Under the pieces are notes generated by a model, which saw nothing but the letters and a program-made list of their open reading frames with translations, was not told the DNA's origin and did not search any database. A program made the translations under genes and the position numbers. This document shows positions 16,600 to 26,339 of a stretch of DNA of 64,000 nt, one piece after another (position 1 is the first letter of the stretch; every line of letters begins with the position of its first letter). Origin of the DNA: a virus. Taxonomy: Duplodnaviria; Caudoviricetes. The DNA is taken from positions 1 through 64,000 of the IMG/VR virus record IMGVR_UViG_3300017784_005363; one strand, given 5' to 3'.

Positions 16600-17625
16600 A
16601 TGCCAATAAATTATATTTACAAAAAATATAAAGATGTTCATACAATTGAAAATACTGGATTGACATCTCTTCAGTATAGAATAAATATTGTTGAATGTGA
16701 TAGCACTACTTTATACAAAGAAGGTGTTATTCAACCTGATGTTATATTTATATTACCTATCTTATTTTCTGATGCTATCTATAGTATAACATTAACAAAT
16801 GATTTAGATGAAACTGAAACTCTCTCAGATATACTTCAATATAGTAATCTTTTATGCTCTTTTATAGAGGGTGTAGAAGAAACATTATGTGGTTGTAAAA
16901 AATGTAAGGATTGTGAAGAATGTAATGAATGCCAAAATTATCTTAATACATTAGCATATGGATTAGGATTTTTACATGTTAATACACCAAGATATAATGA
17001 TTACTTAACTAACATTTCTGAGAGTCTTAGATGTAATTACTCTCAAGAAATTTTATGTATGATTTCAAATGAAAGTGTAAATGGAGTTATAGAAACAAAA
17101 AAACTAACACTTTTAAACATAGCATTATTATACTTAACATTTTATCAGTTTGATTTAGTACAAGCTTTTGATTTAGAAGAAGCTGATTATATAAAAAAGA
17201 AATACAAATCTGCTAAGATTTTAAAATGTGTTCAAAAATTAGGAATTAATGTTGATGATTTTAATGAAGAATTATTTACAGATATGCAAGTATATTACTG
17301 GCAATTAGATAATCCAATTGATGATATTAGTAATGTTATTCCTTTAATTAATAGTACTTACCTTAATGATAAACCTGTATTACCATTTGAATCTTTTGAA
17401 GATGGAGAAAATGTTACATATTCATCAATAGGTAGAGCAGTATTTGCAATTAAAGAAACAGACATTCTTAACTTTTTAATTTTTGATTCACTAAATAATG
17501 ATGTTACAGATGAGTTTGATATTGATTATAATGCAACTTTTAAAACAATATTATTTGTTTCTAAAGTACATTATAGTTTCAGTACTATGTACTTTAAATT
17601 TAAAAAGAATCTATTCAATGAATAA
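16600..17625 (+). CDS. Tail-associated structural protein with a Cys array (341 aa)
   Basis: Contains CGCKKCKDCEECNEC; lies in the structural operon. Confidence 0.65.
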   Translation: MPINYIYKKYKDVHTIENTGLTSLQYRINIVECDSTTLYKEGVIQPDVIFILPILFSDAIYSITLTNDLDETETLSDILQYSNLLCSFIEGVEETLCGCKKCKDCEECNECQNYLNTLAYGLGFLHVNTPRYNDYLTNISESLRCNYSQEILCMISNESVNGVIETKKLTLLNIALLYLTFYQFDLVQAFDLEEADYIKKKYKSAKILKCVQKLGINVDDFNEELFTDMQVYYWQLDNPIDDISNVIPLINSTYLNDKPVLPFESFEDGENVTYSSIGRAVFAIKETDILNFLIFDSLNNDVTDEFDIDYNATFKTILFVSKVHYSFSTMYFKFKKNLFNE

Positions 17626-19600
17626 TATACCAACAAATTTAAGTGTAGCTTCTATGCTACCAAATGACCCAAAAGTTTGGGTTAAGTCAAAAACTCAATT
17701 AGCATCATTGGGTGTAGCTAATAATTTAGCTTACACTTATTATGATACAATGAGAGTTATTTGTGCTGATGAAAAAGAAATCTATGAGTGGAGAGAAGAA
17801 AAAACAGTTGGAGAAACTGGAGGTTTAGTTGCCACTAGTTTTACTTATCCTCCTGGTTTAATTGTCAATGGAGTAGATTACAGTAATAGAGTATTTAATT
17901 TTTTTAAAGTATTATTACCTGAAGATGTATTAGCAGAATTAGAAGACCTTGCAGTGAACTTAGTGTCTTACCAAGCTGGTAATGTTGGAGATGGAAAAGG
18001 AGTATATAGAGATACAACTAACCCTTCTGCATTAGTTAATAGATTTAATTTTAAATCTGTTAAATTGGAAAATGCTGAAGATACAGGTACTTCTATCATA
18101 CAAGGAATAACATCTTCAACAGATGAGTTATCTTTTAAAATGAAAACTTTAGATTCTGATACATTAGTGTTTGATTCTACTGTACCAGGAAAGTTAAAAA
18201 TTAATATGCCATCTACTTCAAGTCTTTTAGACTTTTATGTTAGACATGATGCAACAGTTACTTATTTTGATTGGTTAGCAGCTAATACACTTGTTAATGG
18301 AGGAACTCCTGTTATAGGTTATCAGTATAAAGGTTTTGGTACTATTGCTAAACCTTTTGTAAATACTATAGTTTATACTTTAGGAAGTCCATTAGTTGCA
18401 GGTGTGCAGACACCTAACACAGCTTTAGTAAATGCTAAAACAGCATATATTGGTATAGGTAGTATTTTTAATCCTCAATATGGTGGAAGAAGAATGAGAG
18501 TTCAAGCTACATCTACATCACATATTACAGATGGTAATTTTAATATTAATGGTTTAATATTAACTTTAGAAACTGGAGCTTCTATTTATCATGTTCCTGT
18601 TGCATCAACAGGTGAAGATTCTTGGTTTGTTAATTTAGACCATAGTGGAATTGGAGTAGATACAATATTTGGTGTAACATTTGAATTAGAAACTGGTAGC
18701 TCAATTACTGTATCAAAAAATGGATTTAAAAATAAAGGTACTTCTATTGGTACTTTTCTTTACACAACTTCAAAATCAATTGTCATTAAAAGTGAAGGTC
18801 TTATTTATCAAAATCGTAGAATTGAAGATGGAGATACTCCAGGAGATTATTTAATGTTTGATATGAATTCAGTTTCTACTGTTGGACATATTAATGATGG
18901 TAATGCTTTAGTATCTGTAGTAGGAGGAAGATTGTTTTCTCTTATTAATCCTATAATTAAAGCTGGAAGACATATATCTGATTTTACTAATGTTGAATTT
19001 AGTTATGGTAATACAGGAAGTAATATTGACCCAAATATTGTTCCATTTTTAGAATCAACTACTAATTTATATGTTAGATTAGAAAAATGTAGTTTTTATG
19101 CTAATGGTAATCAAAATCCTAAAACTTACTTTAAAGTTACTGGTGATAATTCTACAATATTATTGATTGAACCATTAATTAATGGAACTGCTGAATCTTT
19201 AGTGACAGTTGTACCTCATGCAAGTAATGCAGATTCAGATGGTTCATTTATAATGTATAATGGAACAAATAAAGATGGATTTTCAGCAACAGTTACCTTA
19301 TTTAAAAAAGAAGGTGTTAGAGTTGCAAGATGGAAAAAAGTTTATTTTAATAATAATTATATAACTAGAGGTGATATTGATGAAACTAAAATTGATATGA
19401 CTAATGGTAATTACCAAGGTGTAGTTAATTTTATAGGAATACCTGCTGATAGTAGTAAACAAATAATGTATCACTTACCTAGATTTGGTTCAAGAGTAGC
19501 AGCTGCCACTTTATTACCAAAAGGAAGTTCTTTTATAAATACAAATGGTTTACCTATTACAACATCAGACCCTTCTTGGAGAATGGATATAGTAATTTAA
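17618..19600 (+). CDS. Tail fibre/spike-like protein (660 aa; start corrected to ATG 17618)
   Basis: Gly/Thr/Ser/Asn-rich beta composition; ATGAATAA overlap with the upstream stop. The track's first 40 codons are out-of-frame overlap. Confidence 0.65.
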   Translation: MNNIPTNLSVASMLPNDPKVWVKSKTQLASLGVANNLAYTYYDTMRVICADEKEIYEWREEKTVGETGGLVATSFTYPPGLIVNGVDYSNRVFNFFKVLLPEDVLAELEDLAVNLVSYQAGNVGDGKGVYRDTTNPSALVNRFNFKSVKLENAEDTGTSIIQGITSSTDELSFKMKTLDSDTLVFDSTVPGKLKINMPSTSSLLDFYVRHDATVTYFDWLAANTLVNGGTPVIGYQYKGFGTIAKPFVNTIVYTLGSPLVAGVQTPNTALVNAKTAYIGIGSIFNPQYGGRRMRVQATSTSHITDGNFNINGLILTLETGASIYHVPVASTGEDSWFVNLDHSGIGVDTIFGVTFELETGSSITVSKNGFKNKGTSIGTFLYTTSKSIVIKSEGLIYQNRRIEDGDTPGDYLMFDMNSVSTVGHINDGNALVSVVGGRLFSLINPIIKAGRHISDFTNVEFSYGNTGSNIDPNIVPFLESTTNLYVRLEKCSFYANGNQNPKTYFKVTGDNSTILLIEPLINGTAESLVTVVPHASNADSDGSFIMYNGTNKDGFSATVTLFKKEGVRVARWKKVYFNNNYITRGDIDETKIDMTNGNYQGVVNFIGIPADSSKQIMYHLPRFGSRVAAATLLPKGSSFINTNGLPITTSDPSWRMDIVI

Positions 19601-19612
19601 TAAAAATAATAT

Positions 19613-20968
19613 ATGATGAATTTAATACAACAAGTACATGCTGAATATAATGAGAATGTACTTACAGATAATTATAAAAATGTAAATGGTATTCTTTGGA
19701 CTGCAACTAATTTAACAGGTGCTACTATGGTAGAATCTGAAGATTATACATATGAAGAAGGTAAATGTCTGCATTTACATATTGATGGATTCGATGTTGA
19801 TGAAACTGAATTTGCTCCAATTGTAACTGACAACTTTAATTTTGAAATATTTAAAACAGGTAAATATTTATTTTCTGTTAGGGCTTTATTACCTAACCAA
19901 GGTGTATGGTTTCCTGAAGTAGTGGGAAGATTCTTTTTAAATAGTGTAGGAGGACCTCCAACTTCAATTCCTTTAGAGTTTAAAATTGGTAATAATACTG
20001 AACCTGAGTTTACTTTCGAGTACAATAAATTTCAGACTTTTTATGCAGAGGTAGAATTAAATGCAGGAGAAACTTGGACTTTATCAGGAGAGATAGATGA
20101 ACTACCTTTTTGGTCTCCTGGGATTTTAGATATTTATTTTGCAGGATTTAAGTTAGAGTATATAGAAGATAAAGCTTATAACATCCCAACTTATTATACA
20201 AAACCTACAACAAGTGGTTCTACTTTAACTACGTATAGAGAAATATCTGCAATGACTTTGTTAGAGCCTTATGATTCTACAGTGGTAGTTACAGCTAATG
20301 CTTTTAATGTAGTACTTCCACCAGCATTACCTTGTAAAGGTAAAAGTGTAGAAGTAGTAAATAAAGGTACAGGTATTACAACTTTAATGGGTTTTGGAAT
20401 AGATACTATTGATGGTTCAACTAGTAAATTAGTTTCACCTGGATGTGGAATTAAAGTTAAAAGTAATGGTGTTAATTGGAAAATAATTGATTTTTTTAGA
20501 TTAGAAACATTTAATAGAACTCAATGGATTCAGAATATTGCATTAACAACTGTTAATAATGCAACAAGTTTAAATTTAATTACTTTAATTCCAAATGCTT
20601 CTAAGTTTGCAAATGGTACTGATGGTGGTGTTAACACTTTAGATATTGTAAGTAATGGTATTAAAACTAATTGGAAAGGTGCAGTAATGTCTCATTACAT
20701 TAGATTAGGTTTAACTATAGCAGTTGGGACAGACCAATATTATACACTTACTCTCAGAAGAGTAGTTGATAATTCTATTGTAGCTTCTACTTTATTGAAT
20801 AGAAATGCAGATACAGGATTTACTTCTGCTGAATTTTTAACTTATACTTATGGAGCATTAGACCCTTTTGTAACAGGAGGATTTTATTTATCTTTTGATA
20901 ATAATTCTGGTGCAACAGTAGATTTAATTACAAGTATTAACTTATTAATAACAACTTATTTTAAATAA
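19613..20968 (+). CDS. Multi-domain tail appendage / receptor-binding protein (451 aa)
   Basis: N-terminal beta-sandwich, a central VLPPA...GKSVEVVNKG...TIDG...SNGVNW module typical of phage fibres, and a C-terminal beta domain. Confidence 0.6.
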   Translation: MMNLIQQVHAEYNENVLTDNYKNVNGILWTATNLTGATMVESEDYTYEEGKCLHLHIDGFDVDETEFAPIVTDNFNFEIFKTGKYLFSVRALLPNQGVWFPEVVGRFFLNSVGGPPTSIPLEFKIGNNTEPEFTFEYNKFQTFYAEVELNAGETWTLSGEIDELPFWSPGILDIYFAGFKLEYIEDKAYNIPTYYTKPTTSGSTLTTYREISAMTLLEPYDSTVVVTANAFNVVLPPALPCKGKSVEVVNKGTGITTLMGFGIDTIDGSTSKLVSPGCGIKVKSNGVNWKIIDFFRLETFNRTQWIQNIALTTVNNATSLNLITLIPNASKFANGTDGGVNTLDIVSNGIKTNWKGAVMSHYIRLGLTIAVGTDQYYTLTLRRVVDNSIVASTLLNRNADTGFTSAEFLTYTYGALDPFVTGGFYLSFDNNSGATVDLITSINLLITTYFK

Positions 20969-20975
20969 TAAAATT

Positions 20976-22031
20976 ATGAAAAAACAAACATTTGATGTAA
21001 ATAATACAAATAACTATCCTAAGTTGTTTAGTTATATATTACAATTTTTAAAAAAACTTAGTGGTAAAATTGATGATTTAGAAGAGTCTGGAGGTCCTGC
21101 ACCTGTTCCTAATTTACAAGAGGTAATGACTACTGGGAATCAAAGTACTTTACCTGTTATAATTTATGATGCATTTGATACAACAGGAGCACAAATAACT
21201 CCAAGTGGAACTCTTATATTATTAAAATCTAATAGTGAATTTGTAACTCTTAAACATGATTTAATAACAGCATTAAGAATTTTACAACTTCCAGATGAAG
21301 ATGGAACATTAGCTACACAAGGTTATGTAACAGCTAATGTAACTCCAAGTCAATTACAAAGATTAACTGAAGGAACTACAGGTTGGAGATTATTAAATAA
21401 GAACCCTCTTAATTATGGTAACATAGGAACTAATGCAGTTGATTTTTCAGAAAGTGATGGAGCAAGTTCAACTAGAGGAGCAACAGCACCTTTATCTTTT
21501 GCATGTAATTATAGAACAACTGCTAGTGGAAATTTTGCTTTTGCTTCTGGTTCTTCTACTACTGCTTCAGGATTTGGAGCCTTTGCTACTGGACAGAATG
21601 GTACAGCATCTGGAAATTCTTCTACTGTAACTGGTTTTACTTGTATTGCTTCAGGTGATGGTTCTTTTGCAACTGGTAATGGTAATACTTCTCCATCAGG
21701 TTATGAAACAGTTGTAGGTATGTTTGCTACTAATTATTCTCCAGCTAGTACAAATGGATATAGTGCTTTAGATAGAGTATTTAATATTGGTAATGGAACT
21801 GTTGCTGGGGCAAGAAGTGATGCTTTTACAGTTCTTAAAAATGGTACATCTATTTTTGGTGGTCCTGCAAGATTAAAAACTTATACAGTAGTTACATTAC
21901 CTGCTGGTGTTTTAGGAGATACAGCAATTGTAACAGATGCTACAGCTCCTACATATCTAGGTGCTTTAGTTGGTGGAGGTGCAGTAGTATGTCCAGTATT
22001 CTATAATGGAACAGCTTGGGTTAGTCATTAA
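20976..22031 (+). CDS. Tail fibre with YadA-head-like repeats (351 aa)
   Basis: About 14-aa repeats ASGNFAFASGSSTT/ASGFGAFATGQNGT/ASGNSSTVTGFTCI/ASGDGSFATGNGNT; LQLPDEDGTLAT; C-terminal YNGTAW. Confidence 0.75.
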   Translation: MKKQTFDVNNTNNYPKLFSYILQFLKKLSGKIDDLEESGGPAPVPNLQEVMTTGNQSTLPVIIYDAFDTTGAQITPSGTLILLKSNSEFVTLKHDLITALRILQLPDEDGTLATQGYVTANVTPSQLQRLTEGTTGWRLLNKNPLNYGNIGTNAVDFSESDGASSTRGATAPLSFACNYRTTASGNFAFASGSSTTASGFGAFATGQNGTASGNSSTVTGFTCIASGDGSFATGNGNTSPSGYETVVGMFATNYSPASTNGYSALDRVFNIGNGTVAGARSDAFTVLKNGTSIFGGPARLKTYTVVTLPAGVLGDTAIVTDATAPTYLGALVGGGAVVCPVFYNGTAWVSH

Positions 22032-22051
22032 TATTAACATTATTATAATCA

Positions 22052-22099
22052 TTTATTCAAAACTTTTAATTAAATTTGCAGTTAAAAGTTTTGAATAAA
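22052..22099. repeat. Perfect 18-bp inverted repeat enclosing a -7 promoter box
   Basis: TTTATTCAAAACTTTTAA (22052-22069) and TTAAAAGTTTTGAATAAA (22082-22099); the 12-nt loop contains TAAATTTG (22071-22078). Confidence 0.9.
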
Positions 22100-22127
22100 A
22101 AATAAAATATCTTAAATTTTAAATTAC

Positions 22128-22520
22128 ATGGGAGAAATTAAACAAATTATTATAGATAATTTTCCAGCAATTTTCAGTTGCTTATTTGGTGGAGGAGGTT
22201 TATTCTTATTCTTTTTAGAAAGAAAGAAAAATAGAGCTTTCACAAGTCAAGAAGTAGCTAAAGCAGGACAGGAAGAAGCTACAGCTTTGTCAAATATGAG
22301 ACAAGCCTACAAAGAGTTTACAGAAGATATGACACAAAGGTATGAAGTGTTAAGTGAAGAAGTGAAAGATTTAAAAAAAAAGCTGTTAACTGTTACAACC
22401 CAAGTTAAAGAAGAAGAAGAAAAGTATGACATTTTAAAAACATCATATGACAAATTAAAAATATCATATGACAATCTTAAAAAAGAGTTTGATAATTATA
22501 AGAAAAAACATTCAAAATAA
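22128..22520 (+). CDS. N-terminal TM plus coiled-coil protein, holin/lysis-associated candidate (130 aa)
   Basis: Hydrophobic AIFSCLFGGGGLFLFFL, then a basic stretch and a long heptad coiled coil. Confidence 0.55.
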   Translation: MGEIKQIIIDNFPAIFSCLFGGGGLFLFFLERKKNRAFTSQEVAKAGQEEATALSNMRQAYKEFTEDMTQRYEVLSEEVKDLKKKLLTVTTQVKEEEEKYDILKTSYDKLKISYDNLKKEFDNYKKKHSK

Positions 22521-22524
22521 TTAA

Positions 22525-23841
22525 ATGATAAGAAAACAAATCATAGATTACCTACTATCTAAATCAGGAAATTTAGATAGTGGGGAAACTTGGTACACAA
22601 TTGGTATCAAATTTGGTATAGAGCCACAAGATAAACAAAGAGCTGAAACTGATGAAGCATACAAAAAAAGGTCAATACAAACACAAGCCAATGATATTTG
22701 GAGATTGTATTTAAAACAAAAAAACAAATTAGAAGTAGTAAAAGAGACTTATAAAAATGGTAAGTTACAATTTGAGACTTTAAAAGAAAGACCAAAGAAT
22801 GTTGAAGTAAATCATGAAGATTTCGACATAGATAGAATGACCACTAACCCTTATGGTGGAGCTTGGATAAAGCTAAAAAGAAAAGAGAAAATTTATGAAG
22901 ATGACCACCTTGATAAATTAAAAGAACTACTCACAAAAGAAATTACCCCAACATTATACACTGAACCAACTACAACCAATGATAAAGGATTATTTATTTA
23001 TGGTTCAGATAAACATATAGGAGCATTAACTAAAGAAGACTCTAATTTTACAAATAAATATGACAGAGATGAAATGAGAAAAAGAATTGTCATTTTTACT
23101 TTAAGTCATATATTTAAAAATGTAGCTCTTCATGGTAAATTTGAATCATTATTTATAATGGATTTAGGTGATGCTTTGGATGGTTTTAATCAAAAAACAA
23201 CTGGAGGTCTTAGAGGAACATCTTCACATACATTACCACAACAATTAAACAACAGAGAACAACATGACTTTTATGTAGAATTACATAAGGAATTATTTGA
23301 TAGTATAATGGCAAACTCTTTAGCAAAAGATGTTTACTTTATATCTACAAGTAATAGTAACCATGGAGGTGATTTTGAATATGGAGCAATGAGAAATCTG
23401 GAAACATATCTTAATATTAAACATCCTGGTATTAAGACATATGTATCATATAAACCATTTAATCATTTTATTTATGGTAATCACTGTGTAATTTTTGGTC
23501 ATGGTAAAGATGATGAAGATATGAAAAATGGATTACCATTAGTCTTAAATGATAAAGTATCAAACTTAATATCTGATTATATTAGAGTTAATAAACTTGA
23601 AGATTATAATGTAAGCTTTATTAGTGGAGATTTACATCAATCTGCTGAAACTTATGCTAAAAATTTTAGATATAAGAAAGTATTATCTCAATATGGAAGT
23701 TCTAAATGGATGCACACTAACTTTGGTTCAGGTGCACCAGGATTGTCTTCTGAAGTATATGAGAAAAATTCAGCAGAAATTCTTAAAGGAGATATATTTT
23801 TTACTATTGATAATGAATCTAATACAGGAATTCACTTCTAA
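22525..23841 (+). CDS. Calcineurin-like metallophosphoesterase with an N-terminal extension (438 aa)
   Basis: Ordered motifs GSDKHIG, DLGDALDG, SNSNHG, FGHG and GDLHQ. Confidence 0.82.
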   Translation: MIRKQIIDYLLSKSGNLDSGETWYTIGIKFGIEPQDKQRAETDEAYKKRSIQTQANDIWRLYLKQKNKLEVVKETYKNGKLQFETLKERPKNVEVNHEDFDIDRMTTNPYGGAWIKLKRKEKIYEDDHLDKLKELLTKEITPTLYTEPTTTNDKGLFIYGSDKHIGALTKEDSNFTNKYDRDEMRKRIVIFTLSHIFKNVALHGKFESLFIMDLGDALDGFNQKTTGGLRGTSSHTLPQQLNNREQHDFYVELHKELFDSIMANSLAKDVYFISTSNSNHGGDFEYGAMRNLETYLNIKHPGIKTYVSYKPFNHFIYGNHCVIFGHGKDDEDMKNGLPLVLNDKVSNLISDYIRVNKLEDYNVSFISGDLHQSAETYAKNFRYKKVLSQYGSSKWMHTNFGSGAPGLSSEVYEKNSAEILKGDIFFTIDNESNTGIHF

Positions 23842-23855
23842 TTAAAAATAATTTG

Positions 23856-23863
23856 TATCTTTG
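23856..23863 (+). promoter_or_regulatory. -7 box TATCTTTG, 4 nt before the ATG at 23868
   Basis: TATCTTTG-CTTC-ATG. Confidence 0.6.
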
Positions 23864-23867
23864 CTTC

Positions 23868-24587
23868 ATGGAAGAATTAAAAATACAAATATTGGAATGT
23901 TTTAAGGGTTTAGACTTTGAAGAAAGAACACATAAATATCTTTATCAAACTAAACCCATTAAAATTTCTGTCTCTGGTTTAATTAAAAATTTTTATGAAC
24001 CATTTGATGCATATCAAATTAGTTTAAGAATAGCAAAAAGAGATGGAATAACACAAGAAGAAGTTCTTAAAGGTTGGAGTGATGAAGGTAAAAAAGGAAT
24101 AGATAAAGGTAATAAAGCACATTTATTTGGAGAAATATTTCCCTTTAATAAACATTTAGAACCTAGTGATAATTATGAATTAGCAATTACAAAGTTTTGG
24201 AATGACCTTCCTGAACATATTGTACCTGTTATAATGGAATTAAGAATGTTCCATAAAGATTATATGTTTGCTGGTACAGCAGATATTTTGTTGTATAATA
24301 CAATTACTAAAATGTTTATAATTGGAGATTATAAAACTAATAAAGATTTATTTAAAAACTTTAAAAATAAAAAAATGTTAGCTCCATTTGATAGTATGTA
24401 TGATACACCATTTGGTCATTATCAATTACAATTATCCTTTTATCAAATGTTATTTGAACAAACTGGATTTAGAGTAGAAGCAAGAAAATTAATATGGTTA
24501 CTTCCTGATGGTACATATAATATGTATGATATGGATGATTTAACTGGAGTTTTAAAAGAACAATTAAAAAATAAAATTAAAATTTAA
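23868..24587 (+). CDS. PD-(D/E)xK (RecB/lambda-exonuclease-like) nuclease (about 239 aa)
   Basis: ISVSGLI, KGNKAHLFGE, FAGTADIL, IGDYKTNK and QLSFYQ motifs. Confidence 0.85.
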   Translation: MEELKIQILECFKGLDFEERTHKYLYQTKPIKISVSGLIKNFYEPFDAYQISLRIAKRDGITQEEVLKGWSDEGKKGIDKGNKAHLFGEIFPFNKHLEPSDNYELAITKFWNDLPEHIVPVIMELRMFHKDYMFAGTADILLYNTITKMFIIGDYKTNKDLFKNFKNKKMLAPFDSMYDTPFGHYQLQLSFYQMLFEQTGFRVEARKLIWLLPDGTYNMYDMDDLTGVLKEQLKNKIKI

Positions 24588-24593
24588 ACTATT

Positions 24594-25046
24594 ATGGGAC
24601 AGCCATCATTAAAATTAATCACAGATAAAAATCTGAAAAAAATATTAGAATATATTCTAAAACAATTAAAACATTTATTAATTTTATCAGAGTCTTCTGG
24701 TAATCCATTTTACAAATCATATTCAGCATTATTGACACAAACAGGAGTAGATGCACCTACTGCATTAGTAAAACAACCTTTAACAGGTGTAACTGTAACT
24801 TACTCATATGTTTCTCCTGCTGTTTATAAGATTATTTTCTCAGAACCTATATTAACAGAGACAAATCATAGAGTAATACAAGGAGCAGGAAATCAAAGTT
24901 CATTAGTTTCTATATGGGCATATTATGATTCACCAACAGAACTTACAATAGAATGTTATGATTTAGGAAATACTAATATAACTATTCCTACTTCTGATGA
25001 TATATTATTAAATCAATATATCGAAATACAAATAGATAATGATTAA
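24594..25046 (+). CDS. Small structural/fibre-associated protein (150 aa)
   Basis: YSALLTQTG..AP and YVSPAVYKI beta module; N-terminal helix resembles that of the 351-aa fibre. Confidence 0.65.
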   Translation: MGQPSLKLITDKNLKKILEYILKQLKHLLILSESSGNPFYKSYSALLTQTGVDAPTALVKQPLTGVTVTYSYVSPAVYKIIFSEPILTETNHRVIQGAGNQSSLVSIWAYYDSPTELTIECYDLGNTNITIPTSDDILLNQYIEIQIDND

Positions 25047-25048
25047 TT

Positions 25049-25159
25049 ATGAAAAAATTAACTAAAAAACAAACATTACAATTGTGTAAAGAGAAAAAGT
25101 CTTTACCTAGTAAATTAAAACAAAAGTATTGTAAATGTTTATGTTGTAATGAAGAATAA
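25049..25159 (+). CDS. Small basic Cys-rich peptide (36 aa), missing from the ORF track
   Basis: MKKLTKKQTLQLCKEKKSLPSKLKQKYCKCLCCNEE fills the gap between two genes with 2-nt and 7-nt spacers. Confidence 0.55.
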   Translation: MKKLTKKQTLQLCKEKKSLPSKLKQKYCKCLCCNEE

Positions 25160-25166
25160 ATAAGAT

Positions 25167-25868
25167 ATGACTTATAGAGATATTATACAAAGAATACTAT
25201 CACTTTACTCAAAAGGTGTTCAATCCCAATCTATTAGATTGGCAGATAGACATGTAGCTAATAAAATGACTACTGTGAGAAGTAAGTTAGTTTCTCAAGA
25301 AGCCAAGAAAAAACAGAAAATTAATCAGTGGAGTTATCAAACATTAAATTGTGTAGAGTTAATAAAAGCTCAACCCAATGAGTGTCCTTGTATAGCTCCT
25401 CCTGGTTGTGAGATACTTAGAAGTAAATATCCTATTCCAAAACCATTAACAGATTTAAATAAACATTTAATTCAATCTGTTACTACTTTAGATGGAGATA
25501 TTATTTTTTCTGAAATTACTTGGACTGAAAAGAAATATAAAAAATATAGTAAATATACAGCAAATAAACCTGATTATTTTATTAGAAATAATTATTTGTA
25601 TATTACAAGTAGAATTGGTTTAAAAGTTATTACAGTAACTGGATTATTTGATGACCCATTAGCAGCATATAACTTTCCTTCAATGTGTAAAGATTGTGTA
25701 GATTGTCATGATTGTACTAGTCCATTAGATATGGAATTTCCAATTGATAATGATATGGTTGATACATTAATTGACATGTGTAAAGATGAATTAATAGCTC
25801 AATTTTCACAGATGCCAGAAGATTTAAGAAATAATGCAATTGATAGTTTGCCAGAAAATAGTAAATAA
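25167..25868 (+). CDS. Ring / tail tubular-type structural protein (233 aa)
   Basis: Ends MEFPIDNDMVDTLIDM...EDLRNNA; contains CKDCVDCHDC; located in the tail module. Confidence 0.68.
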   Translation: MTYRDIIQRILSLYSKGVQSQSIRLADRHVANKMTTVRSKLVSQEAKKKQKINQWSYQTLNCVELIKAQPNECPCIAPPGCEILRSKYPIPKPLTDLNKHLIQSVTTLDGDIIFSEITWTEKKYKKYSKYTANKPDYFIRNNYLYITSRIGLKVITVTGLFDDPLAAYNFPSMCKDCVDCHDCTSPLDMEFPIDNDMVDTLIDMCKDELIAQFSQMPEDLRNNAIDSLPENSK

Positions 25869-26335
25869 TGGGTTGTAAGAATGTAAGAGATAGTTATAAA
25901 CTATATAAAAAATCAGTAGAAAATCCAGTTGATATTCAAACTTATATTAAATATGTTAATGATTATCATAAATTTTTAATGAATAAAGTATTTGAAGGAA
26001 ATGAAATTACATTACCAGCAAGAATGGGAACATTATGTATTGTAGGTAAAAAACAAAAAGTATCATTTGATGAAGATGGTAAAGTAAAAGGATTAGCTCC
26101 AGATTGGGTTAAAACAAAACAATTATGGAATAGTAATTCAGAAGCAAAAGAAAGAAAGCAATTACTGTATCACACTAATAGTCATACAGATAATACAAGA
26201 TATAGATTTGCATGGTCTAAAATTAATATTTTAGCAAAGAATAAAATTCTTTATTCATTAAGAATGACTAGAGATAATAAAAGAGCTGTGCATGATTTAA
26301 TATTACAAGGAAAACAATTTATAACTAAATATTAA
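25868..26335 (+). CDS. Second IHF/HU-like protein (155 aa)
   Basis: EITLPARMGTLCIVGKK arm motif and APDWVKTKQLW; TAATG coupling. Confidence 0.65.
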   Translation: MGCKNVRDSYKLYKKSVENPVDIQTYIKYVNDYHKFLMNKVFEGNEITLPARMGTLCIVGKKQKVSFDEDGKVKGLAPDWVKTKQLWNSNSEAKERKQLLYHTNSHTDNTRYRFAWSKINILAKNKILYSLRMTRDNKRAVHDLILQGKQFITKY

Positions 26336-26339
26336 TATT

